64,000 bases of DNA from positions 19,342-83,341 of the IMG/VR virus record IMGVR_UViG_3300033121_002338; one strand, given 5' to 3'. The DNA comes from a virus. Lineage: Duplodnaviria > Caudoviricetes. The notes below the pieces were generated by a model, which was given only the letters and a program-made list of their open reading frames with translations, searched no databases and was not told where the DNA came from. This document shows, piece after piece, positions 9,058-16,916 of the stretch (positions are counted from its first letter, which is position 1; the number at the start of each line of letters is the position of its first letter). Both the position numbers and the translations under genes were made by a program.

Positions 9058-10083
9058 TTATTCCTTGAGGGTGATGCCGAAGGCGGCGTAGTCGTCGCCG
9101 AAGGTGGTGGCGGTGATCTCTTCGCTTGGTGTGTTCACGCCGATTTTGTAAACGACCCAGAAGCCGATGTCGGTGGAGTCGATGGAGCCGTCGTAGCGGT
9201 TGATGGCTGTGACATAGCCGTCCGCCGGTACCAGGTGGTCGTCGAAGTTGTTCAGTTGCATGAAGGCGCCGACCGCCATGTCGCCGTTGGTGTTTACCGT
9301 GATTGCGCCGGTCGTCCATGTTGTGGGGCCGGCACCTTCGCTGGTTGAATTGCTGTTGTAGCCGTCGTGTGGTGGGTTGGAGTTAGCACCGAAACATTCC
9401 AGGATGCCCAGGACAGCCGACGAGTCGCCGGAAGTGGTGACAGTGATCGTCCCTTCGTTGCCGCTACTACCCACTCTCTTATACCACAGTGACAGGCTTC
9501 CTTCGTGGACATTGAGGAAACGGCGGTAACTGCCCACTTGGGTGAAGGCGCCGTCTGCATTGCTTACGGAAACAGTGATATTTGAGTAGGAACTCTTGGT
9601 GGCCACGAATGCCAGGAGCAGCGCCCCTTCGGTCGGTTCCGCGATGCTGTGGTTGATGATACCAGGGCCGAACGACTTGCCATAACTGCTGGCCTGTCCA
9701 GGCTCCACCAGTGGGTCCTCGTCTGAGGGCGGTGGCGGGGGCGGCGGTGGTGGCGGTGGCGGTGGCGGGGGCGGTGGTGGGGGCGGTGGTGGGGGCGGTG
9801 GCGCCGGCGGGGGCGGTGGCGCCGGCGGGGGCGGGGGTGGTGCTATGACTTCTGATTCGGTGAAGGTTGGGCCGCTGTCGCGGTTATAGCCGAGTAAGTG
9901 CAAGCGGTGAGTTTCTAGGAACTGTTGGATGGTTCGGTAGATGCTGCTGGTCTTGTCTATGGTGTCGGCCCACATTCGCACCTGGTTCATGTTGACCCGG
10001 TGCTTGAATGTGATTTCCGCGGCTGTGTGGCCGTTTTCGATGTCAGCTATGATGGCTGCCAGGATACTCAGTTGGTTGGCCAT
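9058..10083 (-). CDS. Polyproline-linker protein with C-terminal beta-rich domain (possible virion surface protein)
   Basis: 80-aa N-domain, 36 Pro in 38 codons, then a Ser/Thr/Gly-rich beta domain. Confidence 0.75.
   Translation of the reverse strand: MANQLSILAAIIADIENGHTAAEITFKHRVNMNQVRMWADTIDKTSSIYRTIQQFLETHRLHLLGYNRDSGPTFTESEVIAPPPPPPAPPPPPAPPPPPPPPPPPPPPPPPPPPPPPPPSDEDPLVEPGQASSYGKSFGPGIINHSIAEPTEGALLLAFVATKSSYSNITVSVSNADGAFTQVGSYRRFLNVHEGSLSLWYKRVGSSGNEGTITVTTSGDSSAVLGILECFGANSNPPHDGYNSNSTSEGAGPTTWTTGAITVNTNGDMAVGAFMQLNNFDDHLVPADGYVTAINRYDGSIDSTDIGFWVVYKIGVNTPSEEITATTFGDDYAAFGITLKE
9727..9840 (-). repeat. Polyproline tract P6-A-P5-A-P25
   Basis: Counted from the sequence: 38 codons, 36 CCN. 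Confidence 0.95.
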
Positions 10084-10096
10084 AGCTCTGTGCCAT

Positions 10097-10122
10097 TGGT
10101 GGTGGTGGTGGTGGTGGTGGTG
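10097..10122 (-). repeat. (CCA)8 microsatellite in the leader of the polyproline gene
   Basis: + strand (TGG)8TG, ending about 14 nt before the ATG at 10083. Confidence 0.9.
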
Positions 10123-10159
10123 CTAACTTGTAACTTTGCACAGAGAACAGAAAGCAATG

Positions 10160-10525
10160 TTAGGATTGCTGTTGGAGGGTTGCTCTGGAGTCTAGGTAAG
10201 CGTGTAGTTCGAAGACGAAGTTGCGCGGGATGTGCATATAGTTGTCGTTTACGATCGCGACCACCGCTTGTCGCACACTGTCGAAACAATTTGGATCGGC
10301 ATAGTCTATGGTGCTGTGAGCGATTCTTCTGCCATCGTAGTAGATTATGATAGTAGGCAAGTGGATATCATATCTCCACTCGTCGAAATAGATACTGATG
10401 CTGAGTGTCGTTCTGCCGAGCGGAACGATAATTCCGTATTTCTCGATTGTGTATGCGAGGTTTTCCTTGTCTAATTCTTCACCCACTCCATGGGCGAGAG
10501 CCGCAATGAGTTGTTCTTCGCTCAT
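10160..10525 (-). CDS. Hypothetical protein, DP-motif family
   Basis: IDYADPNCFDSVRQAV; starts 6 nt after the stop of copy 2. Confidence 0.65.
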   Translation of the reverse strand: MSEEQLIAALAHGVGEELDKENLAYTIEKYGIIVPLGRTTLSISIYFDEWRYDIHLPTIIIYYDGRRIAHSTIDYADPNCFDSVRQAVVAIVNDNYMHIPRNFVFELHAYLDSRATLQQQS

Positions 10526-10531
10526 CTTCGC

Positions 10532-12067
10532 TCATTTTCCATGGTAGAGGAAACACAGTTTTGGTCCTCCCCATTTCTTGATGTACCCATACTCGGCCGC
10601 GAATTCTGACTCGGTGAGTTTTAGATTCACGGCCCGGTTGTATAGGGTTTTCTTGTGCATAACGTAGCCATCCTTGTCCGCATACCAATAATCGGACTGG
10701 GTGGTGTGGTGTAGCTTGAAATTGGAGGCCTTATAGACCGTCCCCAGATGTCCGACGGTGGTGTCGGCGAAAGCGACGACGACTTGATGGTCCTTTACTA
10801 ATCTAGCTAGCCACCAACTGAGCAGATTCTTTTTGTGGTAATTCGGATGGACGCACAGTCTGGCTAATTCGACGGCTCCGTTTGGAAATTGGTGCGCCAT
10901 ATTCTGCCGCGGCAACGGCCCGAAACGGCTAACCGCGATTAGTGTATCGCCGAGCCATAGACCATAATCGGAGCCCCCACGCGAAGCTCCCAGATAGTGA
11001 TACTTGGTTAGGAATTCGTTTGATAGATTGCGGTCTATCCGGGCGTGTTGCAACTGGCCGAATTGATAATCAACCGTGTCCGGCTTGATGCCTAACTTGG
11101 TCTTCAGACGATCCAGAACGCGATCTTTGGCTGAGAATTCGTGTTCCCAGATATACATGATCTCGTATTCCGGGAAGTAGCGGTTTATGTAGGTGAATTT
11201 CGCCCGATCATTCCTTATGGTTTTGGGTAGTGAATGCCAATAATCGCCCTGGCATTCGATCAGCAACGATCGCCCGTGTGCAGTAGCAATTTTACAATCG
11301 AAGACATAAAATCCGACGGTTGTGTCTGGGCCTTCTCGAACGTAATTGACTCCTAGGTTGTCGAGATATTCGTAAAGTGATACTTGTAGACTGCTGATGC
11401 GTGGTTGCTTGCTCCTCCCAACCGCCCATTTTGCCCTCTGGGCTTCGTCTGCCCACAACTCAGTCATTGTCCGCGATATGGCAATCTTAATCCGTTCTCT
11501 GTAGTCGGCATCTTGCCAGCGCCGGTTATTCTCGACACCGACTGCAACTCGTCGTTCTGCAGTGAATGAGTCTTTGATGGACTCGGACACCAATTTCTGG
11601 TATTCTTCTCTGTCCCATAATTCAGATGACAGTTTGGCCCGATTTTCCCTGGCCTGTGGGTCAGCCCAGAATTTCAAGAGTCGTTCGACAATCTCTTTGC
11701 GGTTATCCAAACACCAATCACGTAGCTTGCCGACCATCGCTTCACGGTATGCGCCGCCAGCCCATCTCTCTCGCATTATGATTGAATGGGCCGCTCTGCG
11801 TTCTGGGGTCCATGCCTTTGTGATCCCACTGCTTACAGCAGCGGCGTACTCTTGGTCTTGCCACAATCGGCGTGAGTCGGCTGAGAGATCTCTGGTGGAG
11901 GAACGGTCGTAGCTTCCCCTCGCTCCGGCTTCTTTTCTGCTGCATCCCCCACATTTGAAGATGCCGTGGTTCCGTTTACGGTTGGCGTTGGCACTGTAGG
12001 AACGAATCTTGATTGGAGTTTGACAGAGGTCACAGCCGATGATGACGAATGGCCCGTTGTGTGACAT
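10532..12067 (-). CDS. Zn-finger/helical-repeat/Vsr-like endonuclease/Mom-like GNAT fusion, copy 2
   Basis: CDLC..CGGC; W..EY repeats; FDC..IECQGDYWH; YHY, ELAR, FAD..GHLGTVYKASNF. Confidence 0.85.
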   Translation of the reverse strand: MSHNGPFVIIGCDLCQTPIKIRSYSANANRKRNHGIFKCGGCSRKEAGARGSYDRSSTRDLSADSRRLWQDQEYAAAVSSGITKAWTPERRAAHSIIMRERWAGGAYREAMVGKLRDWCLDNRKEIVERLLKFWADPQARENRAKLSSELWDREEYQKLVSESIKDSFTAERRVAVGVENNRRWQDADYRERIKIAISRTMTELWADEAQRAKWAVGRSKQPRISSLQVSLYEYLDNLGVNYVREGPDTTVGFYVFDCKIATAHGRSLLIECQGDYWHSLPKTIRNDRAKFTYINRYFPEYEIMYIWEHEFSAKDRVLDRLKTKLGIKPDTVDYQFGQLQHARIDRNLSNEFLTKYHYLGASRGGSDYGLWLGDTLIAVSRFGPLPRQNMAHQFPNGAVELARLCVHPNYHKKNLLSWWLARLVKDHQVVVAFADTTVGHLGTVYKASNFKLHHTTQSDYWYADKDGYVMHKKTLYNRAVNLKLTESEFAAEYGYIKKWGGPKLCFLYHGK

Positions 12068-12132
12068 CTCTGGCTGCCCGTCAAGGAAAAACTATTGTAG
12101 GATTTTTACCCCAATACATGGCTGGAGGCTGT

Positions 12133-12207
12133 ATGCCAGGGTTCAACATCATGCCGTATGGCGGCGGCTATTCAGCCCAAGGCCCGTCAAATACGGCTGA
12201 GACGAGG
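12133..12207 (+). pseudogene. Orphan 5' stub of the tail-tube gene (25 codons)
   Basis: Encodes MPGFNIMPYGGGYSAQGPSNTAETR, identical to the N-terminus at 13747; GGAGG RBS at 12124-12128; then runs into unrelated sequence. Confidence 0.85.
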
Positions 12208-12293
12208 GGATCTTCCAAATTGATGTTGAAGAAAGCGAAGTTGTGCGGCTTGTCCGCCCAGTTGAGCAGCACTTGTGTGCTTCCGTTATTCAT
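12208..12293 (-). pseudogene. Truncated start of a small gene downstream of copy 3
   Basis: ATG 12293 reads MNNGSTQVLLNWADKPHNFAFFNINLEDP, then joins the reverse complement of the tube stub. Confidence 0.4.
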
Positions 12294-12311
12294 ACCCCGG
12301 TATAATTTCTT

Positions 12312-13691
12312 CTAGCTCTTCTGGTGTAGGAAACACAGTTTTGGTCCTCCCCATTTCTTGATGTACCCATATTTGTCAGCGAATTCGGCCTCGGTGAGTT
12401 TCAGGTTTACAGCACGGTTATAGAGGGTCTTCTTGTGCATCACGTAGCCATCTTTATCAACATACCAATAGTCAGACTGGGTGGTGTGGTGTAGTTTGAA
12501 ATTAGCTGCCTTGTAGACAGTGCCCAGATGCCCCACTGTGGTGTCGGCGAAGGCCACAATGCTCCTATAGCCAGACATCTTGATCGCACGCGAAACCAGC
12601 CAACTTGCGAAATTATGCTTGTGGTAGGAAGGATGGATGCATAATCTGGATAACTCGATCGCGTCGGCTGGGAGTGCTTGATGGTTCTGCCGAATTAGTC
12701 GGCTAAAGAGCACGCACCCAATCACTTGTTGTTGGTGTCTGGCTACAATCGCTCGGCCACCACGTGAACCACCAATATAGTGGTATTGATCCAGGAATGA
12801 TCTCACTTCCTTGCTGTCAGCCTCAGCAACTTCGATCTCCTTGAACGAGAAGGTGACAGTTGGGATAGCGATGCCGAGTTTTAGTTTCAGCCTATCGAGG
12901 ACACGGTCTTTGGTGCCGAATTCGTGCTCCCAGATATACATGATTTCGTGGTCTGGGAAGTATCGATTGATGTAGGTGAATTTGGCCCGGTCCCTAGCTG
13001 CAGCGCCTGGTAATGAATGCCAATAATTACCTTGGCATTCGATGAGGAGTTTTCGGTCGTTAGGGCGTTTGACTAGGCAGTCGAATACATAATGGCCGAT
13101 CGCAGTTGCTGGACCTTCCCGTTCGTAACTTACTCCCAGATCGCCTAGGAATGAGTATAACGCTATCTGCAGGCCTGAAATGCTCGGTTGGTTGGCTCTG
13201 ATTACGGCCATCCGCATTCGGTATTCATCATCGGCAAAGCGTTTTCTGGCTGCCTCGCCAACAGCTAATCTATAATTCGGGTCTTCGAGGTACCGCTGGT
13301 GAAGACCAGCGGAGATTCTAGCACGCGCCTCTAGACTGAGCAAGGCCTCAGTTACTCCGGCTGAGACTCTTTTCTTGTACCCATCGTCTTTCCATAATTC
13401 GCTGGTCCTGGTCGATTGTGCTGCTCTATATTCATCGGTCGTGTTGGCGGCCGTAGATGTGGCAGTGATCTTAGCTCTGAATTCTGGCCGGCTCCACAAT
13501 GCCTTGCTCTGTGCCGATCTCTTCTCTGGGGTGTGGCTAAATTTGCCAGCCTTGCCCGCCTTGATGGTGCAGCAGTGGTGGCAGGTGTAGACTCCATTGC
13601 GTTTTACGTTCGCGTTGTAAGTGTCGCCTCTGACTTCCCCCGACCATCCGCAAGCACAATTCGCCGGCTTCTTCTGTTTGGATGGTCTCAC
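12312..13691 (-). CDS. Zn-finger/helical-repeat/Vsr-like endonuclease/Mom-like GNAT fusion, copy 3
   Basis: GGAG-5 nt-GTG start at 13691; CACG..CHHC; FDC..IECQGNYWH; YHY, ELSR, FAD..GHLGTVYKAANF. Confidence 0.85.
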   Translation of the reverse strand: MRPSKQKKPANCACGWSGEVRGDTYNANVKRNGVYTCHHCCTIKAGKAGKFSHTPEKRSAQSKALWSRPEFRAKITATSTAANTTDEYRAAQSTRTSELWKDDGYKKRVSAGVTEALLSLEARARISAGLHQRYLEDPNYRLAVGEAARKRFADDEYRMRMAVIRANQPSISGLQIALYSFLGDLGVSYEREGPATAIGHYVFDCLVKRPNDRKLLIECQGNYWHSLPGAAARDRAKFTYINRYFPDHEIMYIWEHEFGTKDRVLDRLKLKLGIAIPTVTFSFKEIEVAEADSKEVRSFLDQYHYIGGSRGGRAIVARHQQQVIGCVLFSRLIRQNHQALPADAIELSRLCIHPSYHKHNFASWLVSRAIKMSGYRSIVAFADTTVGHLGTVYKAANFKLHHTTQSDYWYVDKDGYVMHKKTLYNRAVNLKLTEAEFADKYGYIKKWGGPKLCFLHQKS

Positions 13692-13746
13692 GGTGGCTCC
13701 GAGAAAATCTAATATAGTAACTTTCCAGGTCGAGCAGAGGGCGAAA

Positions 13747-14331
13747 ATGCCAGGCTTTAATATCATGCCCTACGGCGGGGGATACTCGGCCCAAGGCCCT
13801 TCCAATACGGCTGAAACGCGCAGGAAGCATCGCTGGGTTTTCGAATCGATCGGGCGAGGTACTGGGGCCTTCTCCCAGTCAGAGTTGCTGTTCCTGCAGA
13901 GCGCCTCGCGCCCCAGCTTTAAGTTCGAGGAAGCGGACCTGCACCACAACCAAGAGGTGGCCCGGTTTGCTGGTAAGCAAGACTGGGACCCGGTCACGCT
14001 GACCTGGTATGATGTCCAGCAAGACCCCGACGTGTCCCGCGGGATTTATCACTGGATCGAGACTGTGGTTAACATGTTCTCGATTAAGGTGGCTCACCCC
14101 CGTCTTTACAAGCGGACCGCCAGCCTGTTGATGATTGACGGTGCTGGTCAGACCTCTGAATCGTGGACCATGCTGGGGACCTGGCCCTCGAACTGTAACT
14201 GGCAGGAACTGGATTATGCTTCGAATGATATTCTTACTATCGAAGCGACCATGCGTTATGACCGGGCGGTTCGGAACTGCGTCGGTGCTCCGGCGCCGCA
14301 ACCGATCGCGCCAAACTGCCCACAAATCTAA
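13747..14331 (+). CDS. Tail tube protein 1 (gp19-like; probably the major tube)
   Basis: RKHRWVF, SASRPSF, FAGKQDWDPVTLTWYD, WTMLGTWPS, LDYASNDILTIEATMRYDRA. Confidence 0.85.
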   Translation: MPGFNIMPYGGGYSAQGPSNTAETRRKHRWVFESIGRGTGAFSQSELLFLQSASRPSFKFEEADLHHNQEVARFAGKQDWDPVTLTWYDVQQDPDVSRGIYHWIETVVNMFSIKVAHPRLYKRTASLLMIDGAGQTSESWTMLGTWPSNCNWQELDYASNDILTIEATMRYDRAVRNCVGAPAPQPIAPNCPQI

Positions 14332-14348
14332 GGGTTTGTAGGGTAAAT

Positions 14349-14380
14349 CTAAGAGGGAGGCCAAATGGCCTCCCTCTTAG
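14349..14380 (+). terminator. Hairpin between tube 1 and tube 2
   Basis: CTAAGAGGGAGGCC-AAAT-GGCCTCCCTCTTAG followed by CGTATTTATT. Confidence 0.7.
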
Positions 14381-14403
14381 CGTATTTATTGCTGGAGAAA
14401 TGA

Positions 14404-14976
14404 TTGCCAGGCTTTAATATTCAATTTGCGAGCGACTGCGGCGTGGCCCCCGAGAGCAACGGGCCGGCCAATACCGTGGAGACGGCACGCCGCCACCGCT
14501 ATTCATTAGAGGTCCTGGAGCCACTCGGCAGACAAGATAACGGCATTCTGCTGTTCCTGGAGCGTTGTACCCGTCCCGCCGTTGAATTTGATAAGATCGT
14601 TATCCATTCCGGCCAGGATGAGATTGCACGTCCCGGTAAGACCCACTGGAAAGAAATCGAATTCAGCTTTTATGAAGCTTTATCTGGTCAGGACAATGGT
14701 TCGTTGGAGAATCAATGTGCGAGCTTGATTTATGAGTGGTGGTCGAGCACCATGTTGGATGTTTCAACTAGTACCTTCCGGGCTCCTGGTGATTTTCTCA
14801 AAAACGCACAACTACAAATGCTGGATGGTGATGGCTCTCCTGTCTGGTCTTATCACATTTATGATTGTTGGCCGCTGAAGGTGTCGCCGTCGGAGTTGGC
14901 TTACTCGGATTCTAATATTGCCACTATTTCGGTTACACTTTGTTATTCGCGCGCTCGCGAAATAAACGAGAGGTAA
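14404..14976 (+). CDS. Tail tube-like protein 2
   Basis: Paralog of tube 1 (MPGFNI, RPGKTHWKEIEFSFYE, CWPLKVSPSELAYSDS); TTG start with GGAG. Confidence 0.75.
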   Translation: MPGFNIQFASDCGVAPESNGPANTVETARRHRYSLEVLEPLGRQDNGILLFLERCTRPAVEFDKIVIHSGQDEIARPGKTHWKEIEFSFYEALSGQDNGSLENQCASLIYEWWSSTMLDVSTSTFRAPGDFLKNAQLQMLDGDGSPVWSYHIYDCWPLKVSPSELAYSDSNIATISVTLCYSRAREINER

Positions 14977-14991
14977 TCAGAGGAGACGGCT

Positions 14992-15570
14992 ATGCCGGGC
15001 TTTGTTGTGCCGGGGATCGGCGGCGGCTTCTCGCGGGCGCCTAGCAGCCGGCGCGAATACTACTATAATTATACCTGGGAGGTTGAGAATTTGTTCCAGG
15101 GTCAGAGCCCGGATGGTTGGAGTGATCCGAATAGTCCGTTGATTGCGTTGCGGGACGCGACCTTGCCTACTTTTACGGTTAACAAGGAAGTCCATGCCGG
15201 GGCGAGCGTTGAGTACAAGTATGCGAAGAGTGTGACTTGGGACGACATCAAGATAACCTGGTACGATTCAGACGGCCTCCTGGAAGTTATGAGGAAGTGG
15301 CGTGGGAACATCTGGACTCAATCGCATGGCCTTGCTGATGCCGATCATTATAAGAGACGTTCTGAGCTTTCTTATTATCTGCCTACCGGTAAGAAACGGA
15401 ATTCCTGGTTATTGAGAAATTCGTGGCCGAGTCAGATTCGTCATGGGGAATTGACGTATACTTCTAGCGATGTTAAATTGGTTGAGGTGACGGTGACATA
15501 TGACTGGGCTATTGAACGTCCTTCGTCTGAGGACACCTCTTCGGTTGGCACGTTAACTGGCGTGATCTAG
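14992..15570 (+). CDS. Tail tube-like protein 3
   Basis: MPGF start, KYAKSVTWDDIKITWYD, SWPSQIRHGELTYTSSD, VTVTYDWA. Confidence 0.75.
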   Translation: MPGFVVPGIGGGFSRAPSSRREYYYNYTWEVENLFQGQSPDGWSDPNSPLIALRDATLPTFTVNKEVHAGASVEYKYAKSVTWDDIKITWYDSDGLLEVMRKWRGNIWTQSHGLADADHYKRRSELSYYLPTGKKRNSWLLRNSWPSQIRHGELTYTSSDVKLVEVTVTYDWAIERPSSEDTSSVGTLTGVI

Positions 15571-15638
15571 GGATTCGCCGCCCGGCGGTCTCGCACAGTA
15601 GTTAGCAAATAGAGGCCAATCTCTATTGTGGGATCACC

Positions 15639-16640
15639 ATGCAAGAAATCGATCTGAATTCAAATGCTCCTATTAAGCCGGAGCCGGCAGCGGCTACCGG
15701 CGCCGAGACCAACCAAATCCGCGAAGCAATCTCAAACCTCAAGTCGTTGGTCAAGCCTGGTCAGACTAACGAAGAGTTTGTAGACAGCCTAATCAACGCT
15801 CCAGAATCCGCACTTCTACAATGGGAGAATTGCGAATTGCCGTCCCGCGGCCTCTATTACGGTTGGTCGGACGGGATTGTTAAGGTTAAGCCGATGGGTC
15901 AGATGGCTGACAAGATTCTCGCCACCGAGCGGTTGGCCCAGAGCGGCCAATCAATCGACTTCCTGTTCCGCGAGCACTGCCAATTCCCGGCTGGTTTCGA
16001 TCCGGTTAACTTGCTGGTCGGGGACCGGGTTTTTCTGCTCTACTTCTTGCGTGGGATCACCCACGGTAATGTCTATGAGTTTATGTTCACCTGTCCTAAC
16101 AAGGACTGCAGTGATACTAGCTCCCATCGATACGATTTGAATGAGTTGGCCAAGACGATTGTTTGGGCTGACGATCGTCTGGGGGCGGAGCCTTTTAAGG
16201 TGGTCCTGCCCTACTTGTCCAAGGCCTCGGGGCGCGAAGTCTGGGTTGGGGTTCGTTTCTTGCGTGCCGCCGACGCTAACGAGATGTTGGCCCGGCAGCG
16301 AGCCAAAAACAAGAATTCGCAGTCTGGGGCGGTCCGGACCCGCAGCCTCTCCTCGTTGCGTGGCGGCGGAGCCGGCCAGGTTCGGCAGGAACTGGACGAA
16401 ACCATCACCCAGAATCTAGAGAAGATCATCGTTAGCATTATGGGGGTGGCGGATGTCTTCGCTATCCGCCAATTCATCCCGAAGATGCATGCTCAGGATA
16501 CCGCTGCGGTCCGGGAATGGTTGCGCGAGCACACTCCTGGTATTGACGCTACGGTCGAGATTACCTGTCCAAAGTGCGAACAAGTCTTTACGATGGAACT
16601 TCCCATCAAGGAGTCGTTTTTTCGCCCAGCGAAGTCATGA
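15639..16640 (+). CDS. Baseplate hub assembly/tail chaperone (gp26-like)
   Basis: ELPSRGLYY, LLVGDRVFLLYFLRGITHG, CPNKDC and CPKC pairs, C-terminal FFRP. Confidence 0.75.
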   Translation: MQEIDLNSNAPIKPEPAAATGAETNQIREAISNLKSLVKPGQTNEEFVDSLINAPESALLQWENCELPSRGLYYGWSDGIVKVKPMGQMADKILATERLAQSGQSIDFLFREHCQFPAGFDPVNLLVGDRVFLLYFLRGITHGNVYEFMFTCPNKDCSDTSSHRYDLNELAKTIVWADDRLGAEPFKVVLPYLSKASGREVWVGVRFLRAADANEMLARQRAKNKNSQSGAVRTRSLSSLRGGGAGQVRQELDETITQNLEKIIVSIMGVADVFAIRQFIPKMHAQDTAAVREWLREHTPGIDATVEITCPKCEQVFTMELPIKESFFRPAKS

Positions 16641-16662
16641 TGAATATGAGCGGAGTTGGGAA

Positions 16663-16857
16663 TTGATTCAGGAGGAACAGTACCAACTCAAGACTCATGG
16701 CAATCTGACTTTATTCGAACAATCCCAGATGACCGCCGAGGAGCGAGCCTGGTGGATTAGAAGGATCAATCGGGACCGCCAGGAGCAGCAGGAACGCGAG
16801 CGGAACTCTGGGTCGGCGATGCCGAGAATGCCATCTATGCCACGCATCCGCCGATGA
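16663..16857 (+). CDS. gp51-like chaperone partner (own TTG start or +1 frameshift extension of the upstream ORF)
   Basis: EEQYQLKTHGNLTLFEQSQMTAEERAWWIRRI; frame open across the TTTTTTC at 16617-16623. Confidence 0.6.
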   Translation: MIQEEQYQLKTHGNLTLFEQSQMTAEERAWWIRRINRDRQEQQERERNSGSAMPRMPSMPRIRR

Positions 16858-16878
16858 GCCCGGGGTAATCCCGGGCTC
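16856..16878 (+). terminator. Candidate terminator hairpin
   Basis: GAGCCCGGG-GTAAT-CCCGGGCTC followed by TGTTGTT. Confidence 0.5.
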
Positions 16879-16916
16879 TGTTGTTAACAAAAATATAATA
16901 ACCACAGGAACACCAT

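Noticed and set aside
10068-10289. Poly-Thr, poly-Trp or poly-His ORFs over the (CCA)8 tract
   Set aside because: They overlap better-supported genes or are closed by an in-frame TAG; treated as a non-coding repeat.
6162-12067. Composite transposon bounded by copies 1 and 2
   Set aside because: No terminal inverted repeats, target duplication or DDE/HUH transposase motifs were seen.
12208-13746. Group I/II intron splicing the stub to the tube gene
   Set aside because: The interval is filled by an antisense ORF with no room for a ribozyme core, and the downstream gene has its own complete start.
12133-13821. Duplicated tube start as a DGR template/variable repeat pair
   Set aside because: Differences are not adenine-specific (G/C, C/T, G/T), all are synonymous, and no reverse transcriptase is present.
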